A stretch of 64,000 nt of DNA from positions 58,962,001 to 59,026,000 of the forward strand of contig NC_091476.1 of the NCBI RefSeq assembly GCF_036971445.1, written 5' to 3'. Origin of the DNA: Narcine bancroftii. Taxonomy: Eukaryota. Below are positions 26,301 to 37,601 of this stretch, in pieces (position 1 is the first letter of the stretch; each line of letters opens with the position of its first letter). Position numbers and translations under genes: made by a program. The notes beneath the pieces were generated by a model. It was not told the origin of the DNA, did no database searches, and saw only the letters and a list, made by a program, of their open reading frames with translations.

Positions 26301-29300
26301 AGGCCCAGCCTCACCAGTACTTCAGGTCCAGCCTCACCAGTAATCCAGGACCAGCCTCACCAGTACTCCAGGACAAGCCTCACCAGTACTCCAGGCCCAG
26401 CCTCACCAATGCTCAAGGCCCAGCCTCCCCAGTATTCCAGACGCAGCCTCACAAGTACTCCAGTCCCAGCCTCACCAGTACTCCTGGCCCAGCATCACCA
26501 GAAGTCCAGGCCCAGCGTCACCAGCACTCCAGGCCCAGCCTCCCCACTATTCCAGGCCCCGCCTCACCAGTACTCCAGGCCCAGCCTCACCAGTACTCCT
26601 GGCCCAGCCTCACCAGTTCACTAGGGCCAGCCTCACAAGTACTCCAGGCCCAGCCTCACCAGCATTCCAGGCCCAGCCTCAATAGTACTCCAGACCGTCT
26701 CACTAGTACTCCAGGCCCAGTCTCACTAGTATTCCAGGCCTATTTCACTCGCACTACATGTGAAGCCTCACCAGAACTCCAGGCCCAGCTTCACTAGTAC
26801 TTCATACCCAGCATCAAGAGCAATCCAGGCCATTCTCACTAGTTCCCAGGCCCAGCCTCACCAGTACTCCAGGCCAAGCTCCACTGTCCTTCAGGCCACG
26901 CTTCACCAGTACTCTAGTCCCAGCTCCCCTCATACTTCTGGCCAGCTACACTAAAATTCCAGGACTCGCCACACCAGTTTTCTAGACCCAGCTTCATTAG
27001 TACTCCAGTATCAGCCTCAGCAGAACTCCAGGCCTTGCCCCTCTAGTCATCCAGGCTCACGCTCACCTGATCTCCAGTCCCAGCTTCACCAGTACACGTG
27101 GCCCAGCCTCATTAGTGCTCCAGGCCTGGCCACTCTAGTACTATACGTCCAGCCTGACCAGTACTCAAGGCGCAGCATTACAAACCCTCCAGAACAAACA
27201 TCACAAGTACACTCGGGATAGATTCATTAGAACATCAGGCACGGCGTCAGCAGTAGTCCAGGCTCTGCATCAGTAGTACACCAAGCCCAGTCCCACGAGT
27301 ACTCCTGGCGAGGCCTCCCCGGTGCTCCTGGCATGGCCTCGCCGGTGCTCCTGGCACGGCCTCCCCGGTACCCATGGCCCGGCCTCCCCGGTGCTACTGG
27401 CCCGGCCTCCACGTTTCTCCTGGCCCGGCCTCTCCGGTGCTCCTGGCCCATCCTCGCGGGTGCTCCTGGCCCGGCCTCCCCGGTGGTCCTGGCCCGGCCT
27501 CCCCGGTGCTCCTGGCCCAGCCTCCCCATTACACCAGGCCCTGCGTCCCCAGTTCTCCAGGCCCAGCCTCACCAGTACTCCAGGCTAAACTCCACTAGTA
27601 CTTCAGGCCCGGCGTCACTAGTGCTCCTGGACCAGCCTCACGAGTTCCCTAGGCCAAGCCACATTGGTACTCCAGTATCAGCCTCACCAGAACTCCAGAC
27701 CTTGCCCTTCTAGTCATCCTGACTCACCCTCACCTGATCTCCAGTCCCAGATACACCAGTACTCCACGCCCAGCCTCACCAGCATTCCAGGCCCAGCCTC
27801 AATAGTACTCCAGACCGTCTCACTAGTACTCCAGGCCCAGTCTCACTAGTATTCCAGGCCTATTTCACTCGCACTACATGTGAAGCCTCACCAGAACTCC
27901 AGGCCCAGCTTCACTAGTACTTCATACCCAGCATCAAGAGCAATCCAGGCCATTCTCACTAGTTCCCAGGCCCAGCCTCACCAGTACTCCAGGCCAAGCT
28001 CCACTGTCCTTCAGGCCACGCTTCACCAGTACTCTAGTCCCAGCTCCCCTCATACTTCTGGCCAGCTACACTAAAATTCCAGGACTCGCCACACCAGTTT
28101 TCTAGACCCAGCTTCATTAGTACTCCAGTATCAGCCTCAGCAGAACTCCAGGCCTTGCCCCTCTAGTCATCCAGGCTCACGCTCACCTGATCTCCAGTCC
28201 CAGCTTCACCAGTACACGTGACCCAGCCTCATTAGTGCTCCAGGCCTGGCCACTCTAGTACTATAAGTCCAGCCTGACCAGTACTCAAGGCGCAGCATTA
28301 CAAATCCTCCAGAACAAACATCAAAAGTACACTAGGCATAGATTCATTAGATCTTCAGGCACGGCGTCAGCAGTAGTCCAGGCTCTGCATAAGTAGTACA
28401 CCAAGCCCAGTCCCACGAGTACTCCCCTCGCCGGTGCTCCTGGCACGGCCTCCCCGGTGCTCCTGGCCCGGGCTCTCCGGTGCTCCTGGCCCGGCCTCCC
28501 CGGTGCTCCTGGCCCGGCCTCCCTGGTACTCCTGGCCCAGCCTCCCCAGCACTTCAGGACCAGCCTCCCCAGTACTCCAGGCCCAGCCACCCCAGTATTC
28601 CAGGCACAGCCTCACCAGTACTACAGGCCCAGCCTTCCCAGTACTCCAGGCCCAGCCTCACCAGAACTCCTGGCCCAGCTTCAGCAGTACTCCAGTATTC
28701 CAGGCCCAGCCTCACCAGTAATCCAGGCCAAGACTTACCAGAACTCCCGCGCGAGCCTCACCAGTACTCCACGCCCAGCCTCACCCGTACTTCAGGTCCA
28801 GCTTCACCAGTACTCCAGGAGCAGCCTCACCAGTACTCCAGGACAGGCCACACCAGTACTCCAGGCCCAGCCTCACCAGTACTCCAGGCCCAGCCTCACC
28901 AGTACTCCAGGCCCAGCCTCCCCAGTATTCCAGACGCAGCCTCACAGGTACTCCAGTCCCAGCCTCACCAGTACTCCTGGCCCAGCCTCACCAGTAGTCC
29001 AGGCGCAGCCTCCACAGTACTCAAGGCCCAGCGTCACCAGCACTCCAGGCCCAGCCTCCCCACTATTCCAGGCCCCGCCTCAACAGTACTCTAGGCCCAG
29101 CCCCACCAGTACTCCTGGCGCAGCCTCACCAGTACTCCAGGCCCAGCCTTACCAGAACCCCAGCGCCAGCCTCACCAGTACTCCAGGCCCAGTCTCACCA
29201 GTACTCCAGGTCCAGCCTCACCAGTACACCAGGACCAGCATCACCAGTACTCCAGGCCCAGCCTCACCAGTACACCAGGCCCAGCCTCCCCAGTACTCCA

Positions 29301-32300
29301 GGCCCAGCCTCCCCAGTACTCCAGGCCCAGCCTCCCCAGTACTCCAGGCCCAGCCTCACCAGTACTCCAGGCCCAGCCTCCCCAGTACCCCAGGCCCAGC
29401 CTCCGCAGTACTCCAGGGTCAGCCTCACCAGTACACCAGGCCCAGCCTCCCCAGCACTCCAGTCCCAGCCTCCCCAGGACTCCAGGCCCAGCCTCCCCAG
29501 CACTCCAGGCCCAGCCTCTCCAGCACTCCAGGTCCCGCCTACCCAGTACTCCAGGCCCAGCCTATCCAGTACTCCAAGTCCAGCTTCCCCGGTACTCTTG
29601 GCACAGCCTCACCAGTAATCCAGTCCCAGCCTCACCAGTACTCCAGGCCCAGCCTCCCCTGTACTCCAGGCCCAGCCTCACCAGTACTCCAGGCCCGGCC
29701 TCACATGAACTCATGGCCCGGCATCACCTGTGCTCCTAGCGCGGCCTCGTCGGTGCTCCTGGCCCGGCCTCGCCGGTGCTCCTGGCCCGGCCTCCCCGCT
29801 GCTCCTGGCCCGGCCTCGCCGGTGCTCCTGGCCCGGCCTCCCTGCTGCTCCTGGCCCGGCCTCGCGGGTGCTCCTGGCCCATCATCGCGGGTGCTCCTGG
29901 CCCGGCCTCCCCGGTGCTCCTGGCCCGGCCTCCCCGGTGCTCCTGGCCCAGCCTCCACAGTACACCAGGCCCTGCGTCCCCAGTTCTCCAGGACCAGCCT
30001 CACCAGTACTCCAGGCTAAACTCCACTAGTACTTCAGGCCCGGCGTCACTAGTGCTCCTGGACCAGCCTCACGAGTTCCCTAGGCCAAGCCACATTGGTA
30101 CTCCAGTAGCAGCCTCACCAGAACTGCAGACCTTGCCCTTCTAGTCATCCTGACTCACCCTCACCTGATCTCCAGTCCCAGATTCACCAGTACTCCACGC
30201 CCAGCCTCACCAGCATTCCAGGCCCAGCCTCACTAGTACTCCAGACTCTCACTAGTACTCCAGGCCCAGTCTCACTAGTATTCCAGGCCTATTTCACTCG
30301 CACTACATGTGAAGCCTCACCAGAACTCCAGGCCCAGCTTCACTAGTACTTCATACCCAGCATCAAGAGCAATCCAGGCCATTCTCACGTGTTCCCCAGG
30401 CCCAGCCTCACCAGTACTCCACTGTCGTTCAGGCCAGGCTTCACCAATACTCTAGTCCCAGCTCCCCTCATACTTCTGGCCAGCTACACTAAAATTCCAG
30501 GACTCGCCACACCAGTTTTCTAGACCCAGCTTCATTAATACTCCAGTATCAGCCTCATCAGAACTCCAGGCCTTGCCCCTCTCGTCATCCAGGCTCACGC
30601 TCACCTGATCTCCAGTCCCAGCTTCACCAGTACACGTGGCCCAGCCTCATTAGTGCTCCAGGCCTGGCCACTCTAGTACTATACGTCCAGCCTGACCAGG
30701 ACTCAAGGAGCAGCATTACAAATCCTCCAGAACAAACATCACAAGTACACTAGGCATAGATTCATTAGAACTTCAGGCACGGCGTCAGCAGTAGTCCAGG
30801 CTCTGCATCAGTAGTACACCAAGCCCAGTCCCACGAGTACTCCTGGTGAGGCCACCCCGGTGCTCCTGGCATGGCCTCGCCGGTGCTCCTGGCACGGCCT
30901 CCCCGGTGCCCCTGGCCCGGCCTCCCCGGTGCCCCTGGCCCGGCCTTTACGGTGCTACTGGCCCGGCCTCCCCGGTGCTCCTGGCCCGGCCTCCACGGTG
31001 CTCCTGGCCCGGCCTCCCCGGTGCTCCTGGTTCGGCCTCCCTGGTACTCCTGGCCCAACCTCCCCAGCACTTCAGGACCAGTCTCCCCAGTACTCCAGGC
31101 CCAGCCACCCCAGTATTCCAGGCCCAGCCTCACCAGTACTACAGGCCCAGCCTTCCCAGTACTCCAGGTCCAGCCTCACCAGAACTCCTGGCCCAGCTTC
31201 ACCAGTACTCCAGTACTCCAGGCCCAGCCTCAACAATAATCCAAGCCCAGCCTCACCAGAACTCCCGCGCGAGCCTCACCAGTACTCCAGGCCCAGCCAT
31301 CACCAGTACTTCAGGTCCAGCCTCACCAGTAATCCAGGACCAGCCTCAGCAGTACTCCAGGACAAACCTCACCAGTACTCCAGGCCCAGCCTCACCAATA
31401 CTCAAGGCCCAGCCTCCCCAGTATTCCAGACGCAGCCTCACAAGTACTCCAGTCCCAGCCTCACCAGTAGTCCTGGCCCAGCCTCACCAGTAGTCCAGGC
31501 GCAGCCTCCACAGGACTCCAGGCCCAGCGTCACCAGCACTCCAGGCCCAGCCTCCCCACTATTCCAGGCCCCGCCTCACCAGTACTCCAGGCCCAGCCTC
31601 ACCAGTACTCCTGGCCATGCCTCACCAGTTCTCTAGGGCCAGCCTCACAAGTACTCCAGGCCCAGCCTCACCAGTACTCCAGGCCCAGCCTCACCAGTAC
31701 TCCAGGGCCATCCTCACCAGTACTCCAGGCCCAGCCTCACCAGTACTCCAGGACCAGCCTCACCAGTACTCCAGGCCCAGCCTCCCCAGTACCCCAGGCC
31801 CAGCCTCCGCAGTACTCCAGGGTCAGCCTCACCAGTACACCAGGCCCAGCCTTACCAGTACTCCAGGCCCAGCCTCCCCAGTACCCCAGGCCCAGCCTCT
31901 GCAGTACTCCAGGGTCAGCCTCACCAGTACACCAGGCCCAGCCTCCCCAGCACTCCAATCCCAGCCTCCCCAGGACTCCAGGTCCGGCCTCCCCAGCACT
32001 CCAGGCCCAGCCTCCCCAGCACTCCAGGTCCCGCCTACCCACTACTCCAGGCCCAGCCTATCCAGTACTCCAGGTCCAGCTTCCCCGGTACTCTTGGCAC
32101 AGCCTCACCAGTAATCCAGTCCCAGCCTCACCAGTACTCCAGGCCCAGCCTCCCCTGTACTCCAGGCCCAGCCTCACCAGTACTCCAGGCCCGGCCTCAC
32201 ATGAACTCATGGCCCGGCATCCCCTGTACTCCTAGCGCGGCCTCGTCGGTGCTCCTGTCCCGGCCTCGCCGGTGCTCCTGGCCCTGCCTCCCCGCTGCTC

Positions 32301-32737
32301 CTGGCCCGGCCTTGCCGGTGCTCCTGGCCTGGCCTCCCTGCTGCTCCTGGCCCGGCCTCGCGGGTGCTCCTGGCCCATCCTCGCGGGTGCTCCTGGCTCA
32401 TCCTCGCGGGTGCTCCTGGCCCGGCCTCCCCGGTGCTCCTGGCCCGGCCTCCCCGGTGCTCCTGGCCCAGCCTCCCTAGTACACCAGGCCCTGCGTCCCC
32501 AGTTCTCCAGGCCCAGCCTCACCAGTACTCCAGGCTAAACTCCACTAGTACTTCAGGCCCGGCGTCACTAGTGCTCCTGGACCAGCCTCACGAGTTCCCT
32601 AGGCCAAGCCACATTGGTACTCCAGTATCAGCCGCACCAGAACTCCAGACCTTGTCCTTCTAGTCATCCTGACTCACCCTCACCTGATCTCCAGTCCCAG
32701 ATACACCAGTACTCCACGCCCAGCCTCACCAGCATTC

Positions 32738-32742
32738 CAGGC
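32738..32742 (+). other. ERV target-site duplication, left copy (CAGGC; right copy 38308-38312)
   Basis: Uninterrupted paralogous sites (e.g. 27781) read AGCATTC-CAGGC-CCAGC. Here CAGGC occurs on both sides of the TG...CA element. Confidence 0.9.
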
Positions 32743-33077
32743 TGTGAGAGATGGGAAAATTGACCTAAAATTATGAACATGGAAGAAACTAAAGTTCATC
32801 AGTAAAATGGCTGAAACCAGTTCAAACAGGATAAGTTTGGGGCTTAGGATGCAGGAAAGCAGAGTCAGCACGATTAACATAAGAATCTTCTATCCTTTGT
32901 GACAAGACCATAGGACTAAGATAAGGAATGGTAAGGTACAATAGAATGTAGGAAGTTGAGGTAGTCTGGATCAGATAAGGGTCTCCTAGCCCTGGACAGA
33001 AGTACCAAGTCATACATTTCTAATTAGCTAACCATACACAGATTTATACATATGAAATTAGCCAACCCTAGATAGAA

Positions 33078-33084
33078 TGAGTCA
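33078..33084 (+). promoter_or_regulatory. AP-1 consensus site in U3 (also a YY1-like AAAATGGC at 32804 and several GATAAG motifs)
   Basis: Exact TGAGTCA about 200 bp upstream of the TATA box. Motif match only. Confidence 0.4.
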
Positions 33085-33286
33085 ACTCTGCATATCAAGA
33101 GACTGTAGCCCAGAGAATCAGGAAGGTGTGAATAAGGACAATGACATGATGGGGCACCCACAGGATACCCCCTGGTCCTCCAAGTGTACTGAAACTGCAC
33201 GTAGGCAGGAAGAATTACCTATGCCAAACCCATCCAGGGGGCAGAAGAATGTAAGGGGGAGGGCATTCTGATACTGAAATTGACTG

Positions 33287-33293
33287 TATAAAA
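33287..33293 (+). promoter_or_regulatory. LTR TATA box (3' LTR copy 38163-38169)
   Basis: TATAAAA at the expected U3 position, ~80 bp upstream of AATAAA. Confidence 0.8.
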
Positions 33294-33433
33294 GTTGGGT
33301 GAGCCCCAGTATGTGTGTGTATTCCCAGGGTAAGGGGAAGCACCCAACTTTGCATTGTTGTAGTAATAAATGTTCTTTGTTCTCAATTTTTGTCTCGAGC
33401 AATTTCTTTAAAGGTACTTTAATTCCTAACAAA

Positions 33434-33451
33434 TGGGGGCTCGTCCGGGAT
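33434..33451 (+). other. Primer-binding site for tRNA-Pro
   Basis: TGGGGGCTCGTCCGGGAT, an 18/18 match to the canonical MLV tRNA-Pro PBS, 2 nt after the LTR terminal CA. Confidence 0.95.
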
Positions 33452-33626
33452 CACACTCCCTCCACTGACAGAGTACCCCGACGACGAGAGTAGGTGCACC
33501 CCGGCTGATTCAGCTGGACTCACGGGCGACGGGTGGCTGGTCAGTGGAAGAAGCGAGTGATATCCGAGAAGAGGCATTGAGAACAAACGGCGGAAGGACG
33601 CGCGCTAGAGCAGTACTGCCAGAACT

Positions 33627-33635
33627 CGGTAAGAG
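33627..33635 (+). promoter_or_regulatory. Putative major splice donor in the ERV leader
   Basis: CG|GTAAGA about 27 nt upstream of the gag ATG, the usual retroviral position. Confidence 0.6.
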
Positions 33636-33655
33636 TATTTTACTTGTTCCTAAGT

Positions 33656-34753
33656 ATGGGAATAGCGGACAGTAGAGATGAGAGTCCTGACACAGGACGT
33701 GACCACCAGATAGCTACGTACAGCCCGCTTGGGATGATGTTATCTGAGTGGGGCACAGGAAAGACCCGCGGTAAAGACAAACTGACGACGGTCAGGTATT
33801 GTTGTAATGAATGGGTGGGATACCCGGTTAAAGGGAGCTCCGTGTACTGGCCAAAATTCGGATCCGAGGATGAATGGATGTGTGAAGCTTTGAACTTATG
33901 GCTCTATCAAAACCAGCCAATGTTGAGAGCAGGGAACATGCAGCCTGCTGGCTCAAGGGATCCATTGAACAGCTGGTTTTGAATGAGAAAGAATCCAGGG
34001 ATAAGAGAGAGGAGGAACCTCTTGTCCCTGAATCACAGGGTTGGGATGTGTTACATTCCCTCCCTCCACCCTATGTTCCTCCTATGCCGGCTCCTATCTT
34101 TCCTTCCCCTCCTATGACCTACCCTTCTGCACCTTCCCCACCTCCCCCACCACTAGAGAAGAGAGAAGAGAGCAGGAGTGGTATGATAACTTGCTCACAA
34201 AGCACTCGATTACCACCTCTGTTGGCAGGAGAGAGAGGTAACTTTAATTCAGAACAGCGTGAGACTCTTCAGGAAGAAAGGGCAGAACCCTTTGATTCAT
34301 TTCCCAGGGAGCAGGAACCCAGACCTAATAAGCTAGAAACCAATTGGATGAGACCACTGTGGGAAGTTCCCATGGGAGAGGGTCTCGGTTTCGTAAATGT
34401 GCCCCTGACCAGTACTGAAGTGTGTAACTTTAAGAAAGAACTGACCTCCCTGATAGAAGATCCCCAGGGATGTGCTGAACAGTTAGACCAATTTTTGGGA
34501 CCAAATATATATACAATATGGGGGTCTCGACATAGAATCCCCAGCAGGGGAACAATTGGTACTAACAGGTTTTGTTACCAACTCAGCCCCAGACATTAAG
34601 AGAAAATTACAAAAGACAGAAAATTGGCATGAGCAGGGAATAACCCAGCTTCTACAGATCACACAAAAAGCATTTGTCCAGACATCTGAGGATAAGCAGA
34701 AAGCAAAGGCTAACATTTTGATGCAAGCAGTTAAAGTAATAGTAGATGAGTAA
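33656..34753 (+). pseudogene. gag: Degenerate gag (MA, late domains, partial CA) in three frame segments
   Basis: MGIADS myristoylation motif. MA-like SPLG..W..YC..W...WPKFGS, then a frameshift at ~33915. PPPY (34063-34074) and PSAP (34123-34134) late domains. CA N-terminus PLWEVPMG..GFVNVPLTSTEV.NFKKEL..L.EDP..AEQLDQFLGP, then an out-of-frame deletion at ~34514. CA C-terminus FVTNSAPDIKRKLQK. No NC zinc knuckle. Confidence 0.9.
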
Positions 34754-34829
34754 CATGGAAAAGGCAGGGACTGTGTGCCAGCTCCTGAATGTTGGGAGAA
34801 GTGCAGGGAGTGGGAGAGTAGAGACCAGA

Positions 34830-36560
34830 GATAATTTCATAAATCACGACTTCCCACTTCAGTCACTGACCAATATTGATTAAAATTCATGCTAAAATTT
34901 AAATGTCATAAAGGATCATTTTTCAATACTGAAGAATTAGCGAATTTAACTACCAGTTAATTCCAATTTATGAAATAAATTGTATTCAAATGTGATTTTG
35001 CACAGGGACTACCTGAGAATAGTGATGTTATAACATTTGCAGGGAGAAATGTTTGCGCAAATAGGGTGAGTTCTATACATCTTAACTTTAAGTGTATGTG
35101 AGATAAAGAAAGGATCTGATGTGTAAAGTGGCTGGATCAGCCAGTTGAAGGGGGAGTGTGCATGTCCCTTTAAGTGCACTGTGGCACTTGAAATTGAGGC
35201 TTCAGGCTCTTGTCTTGCAGTTAGAGGTATGGAGCCCTATCAACACATTTAATACATTTCTTCTACACATTCAGCAGTCAAGGTCCGTGAGTTTAAAGAT
35301 CACCCACCTCTGGAGAATAAAGATACCTCTGGGGATTCCTATGGGGATTCCTATAAGTTTAATCATTCATTTCTCTGGTGCATTTTCCTCCGGAGTGAAA
35401 TTAATGCCTCAGCACAATTTCTCTGTATTGCCGCTGTTATTTAATTCATGATAACTTTCCCCCATTCATCAGGTTTATATTTAAATCCGGTAGTGCGGAA
35501 GTTACATTGTAAATAATCACGGAGGTAAATCCTGCGCAACTGGATTCAGCTTAATGGAGAAATAAACCTGCGAACTGGTCTATGGTGGTGTGTGAGTACT
35601 GCAATAGGTGGAATATGATTTAAATTGGTGGCATAGTTCAGAACAATTGGGTGCATAAGAATAATAATATCATTAAGAACTCACAGATCTTGTACCAGAT
35701 GCTATTCAGTACATCTTGACTTAAGGACTGGAGAAATTGGCATGTTAGAATGAGATTGGCATGGTACCAATATTTCTTGATTCAATAATGACTCCACAAG
35801 CTCCAGGATTCATGCAGCAGAACTTTTAAGTGGAATATAATAGAAACTAGCCTGTACTTAAATTATTGTGTGTGCAATCTTCATAAGAACATCTTTTAAC
35901 TTTTTTTGGTGCCTGTTTTACAGACTGTTTTAAATAAGGCCAGCTCCTGTGAGCTGTGGCACAAGGCATTTTACTTAAGGCAGAACTAAAGGTTGAATAT
36001 GTTTCAAGTTCTCTTGCAGGGGCTCTTGTGCTGCAATGTCTGTTATGTACTCACTCTAACAAATTGGAGGGTTGTGCCCCATACAGACAAGCAGCTCCAA
36101 CTGCATTTTAATAAGGTCTAACATATTCAAAACCCATGCAAATATGGTTTGTGTTTCATTTTACAATTTTTACACTAACACAAAGGAAAGTCACAGATTG
36201 TTACAAAGTGCCGTAATTTAACATTTTTTTTCGTTTCTTTAATGGTTTATTCAGTTATTGTTGTATTTTACTTGTCTTTTGATTATTCAGTTATTGTTGT
36301 ATTTTATTGCAGTTTTCAATGAGCTTTACATTTATTGTGTTTTATTCAGTTCTTATTGTATTTTATTGCAGTTTTCAATGAGCTTTACATTTATTGTGTT
36401 TTATTCAGTTCTTATTGTATTTTATTGCAGTTTTCAATGAGCTTTACATTTATTGTGCTTTATTCAGTTCTTATTGTATTTTAATGCTGTTTTTAATGAG
36501 CTTTACATGTATTGTTCATTGTTGTTTACTAATTTCTTTGGAATATTGTTCGTTAATGTT
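34830..36560. other. AT-rich internal sequence with no recognisable retroviral similarity (possible captured host DNA)
   Basis: Abrupt change from gag-like to AT-rich sequence. No ORF over 100 aa and no pro/RT/IN motifs seen. Confidence 0.55.
36247..36515. repeat. T-rich 59-bp minisatellite (~3.7 copies plus a degenerate lead-in) inside the ERV
   Basis: Unit TTGTATTTTATTGCAGTTTTCAATGAGCTTTACATTTATTGTGTTTTATTCAGTTCTTA with a 59-bp period. Confidence 0.9.
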
Positions 36561-36842
36561 TTAAGCCCCCCTGGAATAGGGGCAGCAGAGGTTACAATTC
36601 AGCTCCTTTAGAATGTAGACAGGGCATAGATTTAATGTATAATCATAATGGGATATAAGGGATCCCAATACGGACCAGGGGAATTAAACAGCTTTAGTGG
36701 AGTACATCTAATTTGTATCATAGCCTACACAGGTATTAAAGACAGGAGTTTTGAAGCGATAGCACAAAGGACATGGTGGGACAAAGACAGACAGAATGGT
36801 AGTCAGCATTGTACATGTAACAGAGAGAGAGAGAGTTAATAC

Positions 36843-36928
36843 ATATGCTAATGTACACAGACAGGCTGCAACTCACAAGTTCAATGATATATATGCTAAT
36901 GTTAGCAGACAAGCTGCAACACACAGTT
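36843..36928. repeat. Imperfect ~38-bp direct repeat (48-bp spacing) starting ATATGCTAATGT
   Basis: ATATGCTAATGTACACAGACAGGCTGCAACTCACA versus ATATGCTAATGTTAGCAGACAAGCTGCAACACACA. Confidence 0.75.
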
Positions 36929-37124
36929 AAATCACAAGAAACAATCCCCCCCCTGCTTGGTCACTTTTCATCACCCCATGAAAGGGAGCACCAGTTTCCA
37001 ACAACGTGAGCTGCTTGACACTTTAATATCAGGCTCCAAACAGCCTTCGGAGATCGGTGGCCCTAGGGTTCGGGGCTGAAGAGGACATCAGATACGAGCC
37101 ACAATCAAACGGAACCGCCTGACT

Positions 37125-37247
37125 ACTGCTACTCGTTCGCTGCTGAAGGCAGCGCTTCTCATAGACTGCTACTCGTTCGCTGCTGAAGGCAGCGCTTCTC
37201 ATAGACTGCTACTTGTTCGCTGCTGAAGGCAGCGCCTCTCACAGACT
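37125..37247 (+). repeat. 3 x 40-bp tandem repeat, each copy with a CGCTGC-TGAAG-GCAGCG stem-loop
   Basis: Unit ACTGCTACTCGTTCGCTGCTGAAGGCAGCGCTTCTCATAG with a 40-bp period. Confidence 0.92.
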
Positions 37248-37601
37248 TCGTCGGGACAACACTTACAAAGGTCGTGTGCTTCAAAGACACTGCTTCAATA
37301 TTTCAACGTATGGGATGGACTAGACTCTTTACTGAGAACTGGAGCCTGATACTCCAAACCCTAATAAGCAGCTGGACTCACTCCCCTGACCTTCATGGTG
37401 CTCCCCTACCTAAAGACTTTACACAGACATTACAATTCGGTTATTGACCAGCTGGGTAAAACTACACCTTACACTTGAAAGATCAGTGTTACTGATCTAA
37501 AAGAAAAGTGAGGAGAGGGGGGGGGGGGGATCAGTCACACTGACACTAGTAACCAAAGATCAGTAACACTGATCATGGTGAAAGATCAGTATTACTGATC
37601 T

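Larger units (their letters stand above)
1..32742. repeat. 23-bp satellite array, left domain: ~0.7-2.5 kb modules of diverged spacer monomers + CpG-rich A block + CpG-poor B block
   Basis: Continuous 23-bp periodicity (CCGGTGCTCCTGGCCCGGCCTCC / CCAGTACTCCAGGCCCAGCCTCA). The module marker GAACAAACATCACAAGT or a close variant recurs about 25 times (~991, 1863, 2896, 3722, 5444, 6431, 7120 ... 30730). Confidence 0.97.
32743..33431 (+). repeat. 5' LTR (689 bp)
   Basis: Starts TGTGAGAG and ends CCTAACA. Direct repeat of 37619-38307, with no mismatch found by eye. Followed 2 nt later by the PBS. Confidence 0.97.

Noticed and set aside
32822-33493. Short ORFs within the LTRs (63-104 aa, both strands)
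   Set aside because: No recognisable motifs and lengths expected by chance. They are repeated only because the LTR is.
35473-35524. Second exon-like segment (CATCAG|…GGAG|GTAAAT)
   Set aside because: Stop codons in all three frames and a weak donor.
36258-36440. Hydrophobic 60-aa ORF resembling a membrane peptide
   Set aside because: It is a translation of the T-rich 59-bp minisatellite.
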